From the NCBI GenBank assembly GCA_027485145.1, contig JAIXRO010000103.1, positions 37,244 through 101,243 of the forward strand: a DNA stretch of 64,000 nt. Direction: 5' to 3'. The notes beneath the pieces were generated by a model that was given only the letters and a program-made list of their open reading frames with translations, had not been told where the DNA came from and made no database searches. The DNA is from Hyphomonadaceae bacterium (GTDB lineage: Bacteria; Pseudomonadota; Alphaproteobacteria; Caulobacterales; Hyphomonadaceae). The position numbers were made by a program, and so were the translations under genes. Positions 17,995 through 27,785 of the stretch are shown here, in pieces. Positions within the stretch are counted from its first letter, which is position 1. Each line of letters begins with the position of its first letter.

Positions 17995-18561
17995 CTACCG
18001 CGACCAGAAGACATGGACTTCGTCGAAGCCCATCTGGAACACCATGATCTCGCCATTGAGCGCCATGTCGCGGGCGAGTGCCTGCCAGTCGATATAGTAG
18101 CTGAGGCTCTCGGGAATCGCGGTGCCGCGTTCGGTGTGAAGCTCCTCGGCAAAGTCGGCGGCGCTGCGATACTCGCCCGCATAGTCTTCAAACGCGGCGC
18201 GCGCCTGCTCAAGGTCGTTGCCGTAGTGTCCATAGATGCGGGCAGCGAGCTGCCCATACTCGCCGATGAATTCGGCAAGCTCGCACACGGTCTCGAACGA
18301 GGCGTATTCGGAAAGGTGCGCGCCTTCGAAGCCTTCGTAATCGTGGATCGCCCATTCTTCGGCATCGGGCTCCGGGCTGGCGCGCAACATCGCCGAAACT
18401 TCGCGCCAGATTTCGTCCGGCGTCGTGGCCTCGATCCAGCGCCCGTGCAGGCGTCCGTTGTTGTAAGCGGCGAGGCACGCAACGTAGATGCGTGGCCTGT
18501 CCTGAAGGGTTGGCGCACCCGCAGTTCCAAGAAGTGCAACGGCAGTGGTCTGGTCGGTCAT
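17995..18561 (-). CDS. ardA: Antirestriction protein ArdA
   Basis: PRIYVACLAAYNNGRLHGRWI, EEWAIHDYEGF and YIDWQALARD motifs; very acidic. Confidence 0.95.
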   Translation of the reverse strand: MTDQTTAVALLGTAGAPTLQDRPRIYVACLAAYNNGRLHGRWIEATTPDEIWREVSAMLRASPEPDAEEWAIHDYEGFEGAHLSEYASFETVCELAEFIGEYGQLAARIYGHYGNDLEQARAAFEDYAGEYRSAADFAEELHTERGTAIPESLSYYIDWQALARDMALNGEIMVFQMGFDEVHVFWSR

Positions 18562-18615
18562 GTCTCGTCTCCTCTCGCCGCGCGTCTTTCCCGGTCGGGT
18601 GGGCGGCAGGGAGGT

Positions 18616-18715
18616 GCGCAGCCAGGGCGCTGAAGGCGCGGCGCAACCGGGCCAAGTCCGAGACTTTCAACGCCCGCCGACGCCCTAGATCTGCCCGGTT
18701 GCGGCGCGACTGCGC
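18616..18715. promoter_or_regulatory. Long inverted repeat upstream of ardA
   Basis: 18637-18652 pairs with 18693-18708 (15/16); GCGCAG 18616-18621 pairs with CTGCGC 18710-18715. Confidence 0.6.
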
Positions 18716-18875
18716 TCTGGCAGAAGCACCGTCCGCCCACCTGACAGGGAAGGATTATGTAGGCGGGATGAGATCTGCATGACCCTCGGCACCAGATCCG
18801 GTTTGCCGGGGGGGTGACGCAGCAAATGGTCCGAAACTTGCCTCAGCGTCCTGAGGACAAGAATGGAGCCTCAGC

Positions 18876-19118
18876 ATGTGTTGTCCCGAAGCTGGCTGCT
18901 ACAGTACCCGCATCAGAACGCTTAGCGTTGCGGAGATTGCACGCGCGCGAAAGCTGCCGCAGACACGCCATGATGTTGTCTTTGATCTTCCGTGCGTCTG
19001 TGAAGACTGCGGATCTGTGTTCATCGAAGGGGTCGTCGAAAAGAAGTTTCCGCTCATGGTGAAACTCGGACAACTGAAGCCACCAGCCAATATCATCCCT
19101 TTTGCAATGACGTCCTAA
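18876..19118 (+). CDS. Possible small Cys-rich (zinc-ribbon-like) protein, 80 aa
   Basis: GGAG 7 nt before ATG; CPEAGC and CVCEDCG motifs. Competing ORFs exist on the other strand. Confidence 0.4.
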   Translation: MCCPEAGCYSTRIRTLSVAEIARARKLPQTRHDVVFDLPCVCEDCGSVFIEGVVEKKFPLMVKLGQLKPPANIIPFAMTS

Positions 19119-19291
19119 TCCTTCGTCTTCCCCCTGCCCGGAGCAGCTAGAGGGATCGAGCCTGCCCTTCTGATGTCACAGATACAAGTTTGCGATTGGC
19201 AGGAATCCGGCCGAAGCCTGACAGAGTCCAGATTCTCGTATCAGGCAGTTTATCGCCGAAAGCAGTCATTGATGAAGCATAGCCGAGCGAG

Positions 19292-20176
19292 TCAAACCGC
19301 CTGTCCCCCTTCCGACCGGATACGCCTGCGGATATCGAACAGACGGCCGACCTGCTGAACGACCCCCGGCACCTCGTCGATCCCGTCGAGGATGCGCAGT
19401 ACATAGGCCAGACTCGCGAATAAATCGCCGGGAAGAACCCCAGGTTCGGATGCCATCCGGAAGAGCACGAAGATCGTCGCGCCGAGGCCGAGGATTTCCG
19501 ACAACATCCAGCTGCCTGCATCCGCATTCGACAAGCGGACGCGCCATTGCGCCAAGCGGCCAAAGTGTAGCCGGTTGCGCCGGCGCAGGCCCGTCGCAAT
19601 GATGTCCACCTGCTGTTCTAGCTGGTTGTTCAGCGCACGGTTATAGCGAAGCGCGCGCACACCCATGAAAGCATTGATCAGACCGACCGGACCGAGCAGG
19701 GCCGCCATGATCGCGCCGGAGACCGGATCGTAGAGAAAGAGCAGCGCAACTCCGCCAAACAATCCGGCGGCTGCGGCAACCAGAGACGGCACTTCCATCT
19801 CGAAAAAGTCCATGAACTCCCGCGTCATCTCGACCCGCGCAGCGACTTCGCTCACGTCTGCGCCTGCGCCGCGCTGAAGCACCGCGATGTCAGTCGCGAT
19901 ATCCGCATACAGATTAGAAAACAGCCAGGTGTCGTAGACTTGTCTGAAGCCGCCGACGGCAATGTGTGAGAGCCAGATGATGACAAGAGGCACGAGGGCT
20001 GTAGTCTCGCCCCCGATCAGGCCATTCATGGCCATGCCGATCGCCAGCGGATACATTAGCTCAAAGAGGTTTTCCAGAAGGGTCAGGACGTAGGTCAGCG
20101 TGATCCGCCCACGTCTGGAGGATATTCGACCAAGAACGAACTTCTCTGAGCCGTCAGGTCTGTCCGTTGGTGTCAT
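19292..20176 (-). CDS. Stand-alone ABC transporter six-transmembrane-domain protein
   Basis: LTYVLTLLENLF.LMYPLAIG, RQVYDT..FS.LY, REFMDFFE; about six TM helices and no NBD. Confidence 0.75.
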   Translation of the reverse strand: MTPTDRPDGSEKFVLGRISSRRGRITLTYVLTLLENLFELMYPLAIGMAMNGLIGGETTALVPLVIIWLSHIAVGGFRQVYDTWLFSNLYADIATDIAVLQRGAGADVSEVAARVEMTREFMDFFEMEVPSLVAAAAGLFGGVALLFLYDPVSGAIMAALLGPVGLINAFMGVRALRYNRALNNQLEQQVDIIATGLRRRNRLHFGRLAQWRVRLSNADAGSWMLSEILGLGATIFVLFRMASEPGVLPGDLFASLAYVLRILDGIDEVPGVVQQVGRLFDIRRRIRSEGGQAV

Positions 20177-20423
20177 TGCAGTCCCCTCGGGCTGATCTGC
20201 TCAATCAAGCTCCTGGCTGGGATTGAGAGGCAAATCTGAATGCAGCGCTGGCCTCTGGCATTTCTCGTCATGCTCGATGCGCATCGCATGGCACCCTTAA
20301 GTATAAACACCATGATACCTGCCCAACAGCCTCCTGTCGCGGAACCGCGATGATCAGGCAGGAGCGGGTCACAGGCGCCATTTCCGCACCAGAACGCTGG
20401 ATGTTGTGCGGCACATGCGCCAC

Positions 20424-21629
20424 TTACTTCGGCTCGATGTGGCCGGTCGTTGCCATGACCCCGCCCGACGCTTCGTGCAAGATGAAGCCGTCTTCCTCGC
20501 CGTAGGATTGTTCCCAGGGTGCCGTATTGAGCACGCGCGCCGTTTCTTCATACCCTGCGTTCCACCGGGCGCTGATTCCCGTTGTGCTGAAATCAAGGTC
20601 CTTGGCATGGTTCTCGCCTTTGATAGCGGGCGCCAGCAGGCGAACGACGTGCATCCTGACGAGACAGCCGTGCTTCATCAGTTCAAGGATTTCCGGCGTC
20701 CGATCCGCTTCCGGGATGGATCGGCCGAGCTGTGCCACGACATGGCGGAGCTGGTGCAACTGTTGCTGGCGGCGGATGTGGTTGGCCGCGCGGCTGGAAT
20801 ACTGGAGATCCTTTTGCCGGTGGAAGACATCGTTCAGCGTCTTTGGCTCGTCGCCATTCGGGTTCCAGATGTGGACCGCAAAGATCAGAGAGGTCTTGCG
20901 GTTGGTATCATCGAAGACGGCCTCGACAGGCGTGTTGGATAGGATGCCGCCATCCCAATAGAGGTCTTCGCCGATGCGGACGGCCGGGAAAGCGGGCGGC
21001 AGGGCGCCGGACGCCATCACATGTTTGATTGAAAGCGTTTCATCGCGGCTGTCAAAGTAGCGCATTTCGCTAGTGCGGACATTGGCGGCACCAACCGTCA
21101 AACGCGGCCGGGCTTTGGCGACGAGATCGAAATCAATCAATTCCGAGAGCGTTTTTTCGAGCGCAGCAGTATTGTAGTAAGCCGCCTTTTCCGCGCCGAG
21201 CGGGATGTTCATGCCGGCAAAGGCCAGCGGATTGGGCGTGAAGAACCCTTTGAGACCTTGGGTCATCGTCAGCATGTTGGCTGCTGCCGGACCCATCATG
21301 GGCATTCGCGATATCATGTCGGAAATCGGTCCGCGGTCCATGCGCCGCCAGAATTCGTGCAGTCGGCCCAACCGATTTTCAGGGGCATTGCCGGCGATCA
21401 GGGCCGCGTTGATGGCGCCGATTGATGTGCCGATCACCCAGTCGGGTTCAAGCCCCGCTTCGTGCATCGCCTGATAGACGCCTGCCTGATAGGCCCCGAG
21501 CGCGCCGCCGCCTTGCAAGACGAGGACGATTTGTCCGCGCTCGGCCGGTTCACGTGTCTGGGCTGCTCCGGCGCGAGTGTTCAGCGCGGCGGAAGGGCGT
21601 TTCCCGGTTTTGCGGGGTGATTTGCTCAT
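20424..21629 (-). CDS. Patatin-like phospholipase/esterase (DUF3734-type C-terminus)
   Basis: GGGALG, GTSIG and DGG motifs; C-terminal KDLDFS...RWNAGY. Confidence 0.92.
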   Translation of the reverse strand: MSKSPRKTGKRPSAALNTRAGAAQTREPAERGQIVLVLQGGGALGAYQAGVYQAMHEAGLEPDWVIGTSIGAINAALIAGNAPENRLGRLHEFWRRMDRGPISDMISRMPMMGPAAANMLTMTQGLKGFFTPNPLAFAGMNIPLGAEKAAYYNTAALEKTLSELIDFDLVAKARPRLTVGAANVRTSEMRYFDSRDETLSIKHVMASGALPPAFPAVRIGEDLYWDGGILSNTPVEAVFDDTNRKTSLIFAVHIWNPNGDEPKTLNDVFHRQKDLQYSSRAANHIRRQQQLHQLRHVVAQLGRSIPEADRTPEILELMKHGCLVRMHVVRLLAPAIKGENHAKDLDFSTTGISARWNAGYEETARVLNTAPWEQSYGEEDGFILHEASGGVMATTGHIEPK

Positions 21630-21769
21630 GTTGTCGTCCTCGGTGTCTGGGGGTGAAATGCGTGGGTGAGAGGCTGATGCCCTGTAGATAAAAGTGGTGA
21701 CGGCGACGGAGGCGCCGGGTTTCAGTTTGCGTTGCTGTTCTCTATGACCTGCTCACTGCGTGCCTCTGT

Positions 21770-22573
21770 TCAATGAGCCGTCCAGCCGCCGTCCATGGGC
21801 AAGGCTGTGCCGGTGATCTGCGCCGCGTCGTCGGTGCACAAGAAAGCGGCCAGCGCGCCGAGCTGCGCAGTCGTCACGAATTGCTTGGTGGCCTGCGCAG
21901 CCAGGAGGACGTCGCGAACGACAGCCTCCTCGCTGATGCCCCTGGCCCGCGCTGTGTCGGGGATCTGCTTCTCGACAAGCGGCGTCAGCACATAGCCGGG
22001 GCAGATCGCGTTGCAGGTCACGCCGTGTTCGGCGCCTTCGAGAGCGATGGTTTTTGTGAGACCGACAACGCCATGCTTCGCAGCGACGTAGGCGGACTTG
22101 AACGGAGACGCCACCAGCGCATGGGCGGACGCGACGTTGATGATCCGGCCCCATTTGCGGGCCTTCATGTCCGCGAAGGTTTCGCGCGTTAGATGAAAGG
22201 CGCTCGACAGATTTATGGCGAGGATGGCATCCCACTTTTCGACCGGAAAGTCTTCGATCGGGGACACGTGCTGGATCCCGGCATTGTTGACGATGATGTC
22301 GACCCCGCCAAAGTTTGCCTTAGTTACGGCGGCGAGCGCGGCGATATCGGCTGGCTTTGACATGTCGGCGCCGTGATAGCTGACCTTGACGCCGTGGTCG
22401 GCAGCGAGACGAATTTCAATTTCCTTGATCGCGCCCGCGTCGCCGAAACCGTTCAGCATCACATTCGCGCCCGCCTTTGCGAGCCTTTCCGCAATGCCAA
22501 GGCCAATGCCACTGGTTGAGCCGGTCACGATTGCGGTTTTTCCGGCGAGCCGCCGAGGGAGGTTATCGGTCAT
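21770..22573 (-). CDS. bdhA: D-3-hydroxybutyrate dehydrogenase
   Basis: TGSTSGIG, NNAGIQHV, SAHALVASPFKSAYVAAKHG and CPGYVLTPLV motifs. Confidence 0.92.
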   Translation of the reverse strand: MTDNLPRRLAGKTAIVTGSTSGIGLGIAERLAKAGANVMLNGFGDAGAIKEIEIRLAADHGVKVSYHGADMSKPADIAALAAVTKANFGGVDIIVNNAGIQHVSPIEDFPVEKWDAILAINLSSAFHLTRETFADMKARKWGRIINVASAHALVASPFKSAYVAAKHGVVGLTKTIALEGAEHGVTCNAICPGYVLTPLVEKQIPDTARARGISEEAVVRDVLLAAQATKQFVTTAQLGALAAFLCTDDAAQITGTALPMDGGWTAH

Positions 22574-22609
22574 AGAGTATTTCCTTTGTTTGAGTTGGTT
22601 TTGACGATG

Positions 22610-23818
22610 TCACGCCGGCGTCCTGCCGGGCGGGAGGCGGAGCGCGATCAGGCCGGCCGCCAAAAGCGCGGCCGCCACGCCAAGAACGGCGGCAGGCCAA
22701 CCGAATTGCTCGAAGACCGCCCCGATGACGACCGTGCCGACGAGTCCGCCCGTGAAGTAACTCGAGAGATACATGCCGCTGGCGGCGCCGCGGTCCTCGG
22801 TTGCTGTGCGGCTGACAAATCCTGTAGCGACGGCCTGCGCGAAAAACGTGCCGGCTGCCGCAAGCACCATACCCGCGAGGACAACGGGCCATGAACTGCT
22901 GAGCAGCATCGGCAGCCCTGCAAGTGCGACACCGAGGCCGGTCCACAAGGCAACGCGGGCGCCCTTGCGCGCCACGAGCCATCCCGCAAGCGGCGTGCTC
23001 AGGATCGAGGGTGCAAATACGAAATAGACGAGGCCCAGCCACGGCATTGCGAGCGAATGCGGCGATGCGACCAGGACAAAATTGACGAAGGTGAACACGC
23101 CGAGGAAGGCGAACAGAATGCAGAAGCCGATCGCAAAGGCTGCGCGAAGTTCCGGGTGGTCAAGATGCCCGCGCAACCCGGCAAGTGGCTGGAACGGCGC
23201 ATCGCGGTCGACATGGGATGGCGACCGGGAAAGGGTCAACCAGACGAGAACACCGCCGAGCACATTCAACCCGGCGAAGACGAAGAAGTTAGCTTCGACG
23301 CCTGCCGCATCGGCGACGGAAGCCGACACCAACCTGCCGAACAGGTTCGACGCCACATTGCCCGTAACATAGGCGGCAAAGGCCGCCGGCGAGGCCGACA
23401 CTGTGCAACGTTCACCAAGGTGCGCCAACGTGAGCGTGAACGCCGTTGCCATCAGCGCGCCTTGAACTATGCGCAGCCCAGCGAAAACATAGAGGTTCGG
23501 TGCAAAGGCCAGTCCGGCGGTCGGAATAGCCAGCAGCACAAGGCTGGCAACGATGACGTTGCGCCGGTCCACCCGCCCCGAGACCATCGCCGAAAGCAAT
23601 CCGGCGATGGCCATGCCGAACGTGGCGGCATTCACGGCGGTGCCCATGGCAGCGGGCGTCACGCCATAGGTGGCAGCAAGGGCAGGAAGGATCGCCTGCG
23701 TTGCGAACAGGTCAACAACCGTGAGAAAGGCCGTCAGGCCAATCACGAACAGGTTGAACAGGGTTCCCAGCGGCAGCCGGGGAGCCTTGCCTGAATTGAC
23801 GACCTGAACAGCTGACAT
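22610..23818 (-). CDS. MFS transporter (YnfM-like)
   Basis: About 12 TM helices; DLFATQAILP, GRVDRR, YVTGNVASNLFGR. Confidence 0.9.
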   Translation of the reverse strand: MSAVQVVNSGKAPRLPLGTLFNLFVIGLTAFLTVVDLFATQAILPALAATYGVTPAAMGTAVNAATFGMAIAGLLSAMVSGRVDRRNVIVASLVLLAIPTAGLAFAPNLYVFAGLRIVQGALMATAFTLTLAHLGERCTVSASPAAFAAYVTGNVASNLFGRLVSASVADAAGVEANFFVFAGLNVLGGVLVWLTLSRSPSHVDRDAPFQPLAGLRGHLDHPELRAAFAIGFCILFAFLGVFTFVNFVLVASPHSLAMPWLGLVYFVFAPSILSTPLAGWLVARKGARVALWTGLGVALAGLPMLLSSSWPVVLAGMVLAAAGTFFAQAVATGFVSRTATEDRGAASGMYLSSYFTGGLVGTVVIGAVFEQFGWPAAVLGVAAALLAAGLIALRLPPGRTPA

Positions 23819-23842
23819 GCGATCCTCCGCTAACTGACGGTA

Positions 23843-24307
23843 CTACATCGTCTCGTCGGGGTTTCCGGCGGGCGGCAGGATGTCAGCCGAGATCAGGACC
23901 ACAGTTTCCTGACCTTCGTTCTGCCACCAATGGCTCAGCTTTCCGCTTTCGACGGCGACATCGCCCATCTTGTGGACGATCGGTACTGCGCACGAACTGC
24001 GATGCTCGACGATCTCGCCAGAGACGACATAGATGTGAGCGGGGCGATCATCGTGGGCGTGCAGAGGAACAACGCCGCCTGGGGCGATCGTCAAGCGGCG
24101 CATCCGGAAATTGCGGCCGGGGACATTGTATTGAGTACCGAGGTCGATTTCGCCGATCACAGTATCGGTAACGCCTTCGGGCATGGTGGCACCGGTGAAA
24201 GCCAGCGGCGAAATCACCTGATTGGCCGGGCATTCTCCCGCGAACGCAGGCAAGCCTGCAAGCGCGGACAGTGCGGCAGCGCCTGCCGCCAGTCGAAACA
24301 GTTTCAT
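23843..24307 (-). CDS. Secreted cupin-domain protein
   Basis: Signal peptide ending AFA; PGGVVPLHAHDDRP...YVVSGE, HWWQN. Confidence 0.85.
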   Translation of the reverse strand: MKLFRLAAGAAALSALAGLPAFAGECPANQVISPLAFTGATMPEGVTDTVIGEIDLGTQYNVPGRNFRMRRLTIAPGGVVPLHAHDDRPAHIYVVSGEIVEHRSSCAVPIVHKMGDVAVESGKLSHWWQNEGQETVVLISADILPPAGNPDETM

Positions 24308-24488
24308 GGGTCTTCTCCAAAGGCACAAGCGGACCTTTCCGCTTCCTGCCAAATGCACCCTGACCTTCCTTCCTGGCCAATACCGTCTGGCTTTGGTTTC
24401 GATAACCACACGGTATTGGAACCAAGCTCCGGATGATGGTCTCTGAGCAGGGCAAGCCGGCCCGCCGGTGACCTTGAGGAGACTGGAC

Positions 24489-24920
24489 ATGATCAACAAG
24501 ATTATCCCGGCGATCGCGCTCACCGCGTTCGTCACAGGCTGCGCGGTAATCCCGCGCAGCATAGACGGACTGACCGGACCTGCGATCGGACAGGGCAACC
24601 GCACCGAAGCAATCGATGAAATCGCGCTTGGACAAGAGCTCGAAGGCTTTGACGGCTATAACCTGCGCGCCCGCTACGTCGTTGTGAAACCTGGCGGGCA
24701 CATTCGCATTCATAGCCACTTTGGCAGGCCTGCCTTCAGCTACATTCAGACAGGCCCGGTCGAAGAACATCGCAGCGACACGAAGGGCGCAATCCTGCAT
24801 CAGCCGGGTAATCTGACCGCTGACGTGAACATCGGCCAATGGTGGACCAACGAAAGCGATCAAGAAGCCCGCTGGTACGTTGTCGATATCTACAAGACCG
24901 ACGGCAATGCCGGCGATTAA
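24489..24920 (+). CDS. Cupin-domain lipoprotein
   Basis: Lipobox-like VTGC; PGGHIRIHSHFGRP...YIQTG, QWWTN; GAGGAG RBS. Confidence 0.8.
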   Translation: MINKIIPAIALTAFVTGCAVIPRSIDGLTGPAIGQGNRTEAIDEIALGQELEGFDGYNLRARYVVVKPGGHIRIHSHFGRPAFSYIQTGPVEEHRSDTKGAILHQPGNLTADVNIGQWWTNESDQEARWYVVDIYKTDGNAGD

Positions 24921-24935
24921 CCAAGGAGAGACCTC

Positions 24936-25349
24936 ATGAAACCGACCGTTCGAACTCTGACCAAGATCTTGGCGCTGGCGACCTTCCTGACAGGCACAGC
25001 CAATGCGGAGACGCCTATTAGTTCCGTCCATTTGCTGGACGAAAAGTCAATCCAACTTGCAGACGCTTTCCCGGACCTCGAAGCGGGCGGAGGCTACACC
25101 TTTCGCGCCCGCAAAGTACTTCTGGCGCCCGGCGCCAACACCGAAACCGTTTCGCATGACGGTGCACCCTCGATCACTTATGTGACGCGCGGCGCAGTCG
25201 TGGAATGGCGCGAAGGCACCGAGCCGCAGCCCCGCGGCTTGCACCAGGCCACGATGGATCGCGGCGAGGTCGTGCATTACTGGAAGAACTCAGGCACAGA
25301 ACCTGCCGAGCTTCTGATTGTTGAAGTGAGGCGCCTCGCCACACCTTGA
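24936..25349 (+). CDS. Secreted cupin-domain protein (first His missing)
   Basis: Signal peptide ending ANA; LAPGANTETVSHDGAP..YVTRG, HYWKN. Confidence 0.8.
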   Translation: MKPTVRTLTKILALATFLTGTANAETPISSVHLLDEKSIQLADAFPDLEAGGGYTFRARKVLLAPGANTETVSHDGAPSITYVTRGAVVEWREGTEPQPRGLHQATMDRGEVVHYWKNSGTEPAELLIVEVRRLATP

Positions 25350-25390
25350 CACCAGCGATCAAGGGGCGGAGTCAGCAAGGGAACAGGCCT

Positions 25391-26056
25391 ATGCAAGGAA
25401 AAGACTCTGCCGACCGGCTTACCGAAAGGCTGGCCATCCTTTCGGAAACGGTCAGGCAGGATCATCCGGAACTGACCCGGCTGGCGGACGCGTTCGTCGA
25501 AAGACTCGCCGCCGCAAATGCGGGGGCGAGCGCGCCGCAGGTCGGAGACATTTTCCCCGACTTTGTCCTGCCATCCATAACGGGCGAGCTGGTCGCCTCG
25601 CGCGACCTGCTTCAGGGCCCGAGTGTCGTTTGTTTCCTGCGAGGGCATTGGTGCCCATACTGCACGACCGAAGCAGACGCGATCCAGGAAGCGTTGCCAG
25701 AACTCGAAGCTGCAAACGTGACGGTTGTGCTCGTCACGCCGGATCGGCCAGCCTTTGCGGCCCAGCTTGCCGGTAGTCAGTCATCGATCCGTGTACTGTG
25801 CGATATCGACAACGCGTTCAGCTTCACGCTTGGCCTTCTGGCGATCATGGATGAGGAAACGGTGGCGTGGCTCAAAGCTGATGGTGATGACCTGCCGCGA
25901 TACCAGGGTAATGATCTTTGGTCGGTTCCAATTCCGGCGACATTCGTTCTGGCTCGCGGCAGCATAATTACGGACCGGTTCATCGATCCCGATTATCGCC
26001 GCCGCATGCCAATCTCGGACCTTCTGGAGGCGGTCAAAAAGGCTGCCGCTTCTTAA
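25391..26056 (+). CDS. Peroxiredoxin-like AhpC/TSA family protein
   Basis: GDIFPDFVLP, FLRGHWCPYC, VPIPATFVL and DPDYRRR motifs. Confidence 0.9.
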   Translation: MQGKDSADRLTERLAILSETVRQDHPELTRLADAFVERLAAANAGASAPQVGDIFPDFVLPSITGELVASRDLLQGPSVVCFLRGHWCPYCTTEADAIQEALPELEAANVTVVLVTPDRPAFAAQLAGSQSSIRVLCDIDNAFSFTLGLLAIMDEETVAWLKADGDDLPRYQGNDLWSVPIPATFVLARGSIITDRFIDPDYRRRMPISDLLEAVKKAAAS

Positions 26057-26937
26057 GCTGCACTCGCAGTGACATCCTGAGCTCGCAACAAGGACAACAA
26101 CGCCATGACCGGTGCACATCTCGGCCGCCCGGATACGACATACGCTGAAACCGTTCGGGTCACATTGAGACCGTCGACCCGGATCCGGCGGATCCCCGGT
26201 GCAAGCGGCGCCGACTCCGGAACGAGCGCCACGCCCAGTCCGGCTGCCACGACGTTTACCACGTCCTGTTGGGTGATGACGTCATGTGTATGCAACGCAT
26301 GGCCCTGTAGGCCGATCCAGGCCAGCAGGTCATCGCGACTTTCGCACTGTGACTGCGATACGATCGGTTGCCCTGCCAAATCACCCGCAGTCAGTGATGC
26401 AAGAGAGGCCTTCGCGTGACCTTCCGGCAGCGCAGCAACAAAGGCCTCGGTCCAGAGTGGCCAGTCGTCTATCCGGTCCCAGTTATTGTCGATGGGACCT
26501 GCGATGGCGACATCATATGTGCCTTCCCGCAGGGACGAGACGATTTCATCACCACGGCCGCGGACAAGGCGCAGCTGCGCTTTCGGAAAGGTGCGAAACA
26601 GCGACGCGATAGGCCCCATCACATGTTCAAGATTGACCGTGTGAGAGATCAGCATTTTGACCGGAATTACTTCGCTACGGGCAGCTGCGCGGGCAAGTTC
26701 TTTTGCGCCCATTGCGCTGTCATAGCAGCGGCGCAGCATCGGCAGCATACGCTTACCGAGCTCGGTCAGATGAGATGTGCGGCCCTCCCGCCGGATCAGA
26801 TCACCTCCGAGTTCGGCTTCCAGCGCCTTGATGGCGCGTGTCAGCGCGGGCTGGCTGACATGACAGTTTTCCGCCGCGCGCGTGAAGTTCAGCGATTCAG
26901 AAAGCGCGAGAAAATACCGGATCTGATGAATTTCCAT
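26053..26937 (-). CDS. LysR-family transcriptional regulator
   Basis: MEIHQIRYFLALSESLNFTRAAENCHVSQPALTRAIK HTH motif. Confidence 0.95.
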   Translation of the reverse strand: MEIHQIRYFLALSESLNFTRAAENCHVSQPALTRAIKALEAELGGDLIRREGRTSHLTELGKRMLPMLRRCYDSAMGAKELARAAARSEVIPVKMLISHTVNLEHVMGPIASLFRTFPKAQLRLVRGRGDEIVSSLREGTYDVAIAGPIDNNWDRIDDWPLWTEAFVAALPEGHAKASLASLTAGDLAGQPIVSQSQCESRDDLLAWIGLQGHALHTHDVITQQDVVNVVAAGLGVALVPESAPLAPGIRRIRVDGLNVTRTVSAYVVSGRPRCAPVMALLSLLRAQDVTASAA

Positions 26938-27014
26938 GGTGCCTGCACCTCCCCGACCCGCAGCCAGCGCGACCCGCCTGCTTGCATAAGGCAAACTCCC
27001 TGAAAGGACACAAC

Positions 27015-27458
27015 ATGAATCGCCTCCTGAACCTCATTTCTCTCGGATTGTTGACTTTGCTCGGGTTCTTTCTGGTTGCCTTCGGCGCTCTTTATATCAG
27101 CGTTTCCGACATGCTGCCCTTTCACGCGGCGGCTGTCCCGCCGGGTATGCGAGAAGCGGTGAAACCCCTTTACCACGCGCTGATGGCGCTCACGGGAGGC
27201 TCCGCCGCTGCGCTCGGTCTGCTGGGCTTGTATGTTACCTGGAGCGCGGCACGCCTCGGCAAGCGCGGCGCCGCGACCTCTGTGGTCGCTTGCTACAGTC
27301 TTGCCATCGGAGTCGCTGGTTGGGTCGCAGAGCGTCTGGCGGCAGAGGCGGGTGCCCCGACCTCTTCAAACATCATGGTCGGGCTGATCGCGATCGGCTT
27401 GGCGGCACTCGGACTGCGCGCGGTTGCTGCAAGAGCCAGCGTTCCGGGTGCTGTATAG
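27015..27458 (+). CDS. Four-TM membrane protein of unknown function
   Basis: Four hydrophobic segments; AAGGA RBS; divergent from LysR. Confidence 0.7.
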   Translation: MNRLLNLISLGLLTLLGFFLVAFGALYISVSDMLPFHAAAVPPGMREAVKPLYHALMALTGGSAAALGLLGLYVTWSAARLGKRGAATSVVACYSLAIGVAGWVAERLAAEAGAPTSSNIMVGLIAIGLAALGLRAVAARASVPGAV

Positions 27459-27785
27459 ATCCTGAGAAAAGCAGATTGGATCGGACAAAATCGAAACGCT
27501 TGGAATATTCAGCCTAAATTGTTGCTTCTGAAATCGCGTGTTCGACTGAGCCGAAAAGCCGATCACTCTTTCCGAATACTAAGAGTGACGGGGTCGCATG
27601 CGAAGGGCCGGCAAGGTCCACGTTGGCTCTTAGGGTCGAGTTTGATATCCGGCAGGGTCATCCCGGTTCTGCCATTCGGATTCCTAAACGGAACCGGGCT
27701 GGACTTCGCCGAAAGCAGTCGGTCTATCTCGCATGCCCGCTCGTTGCTGGATAAAAGCATCACCATGGGCACATGGTATTCAAGG

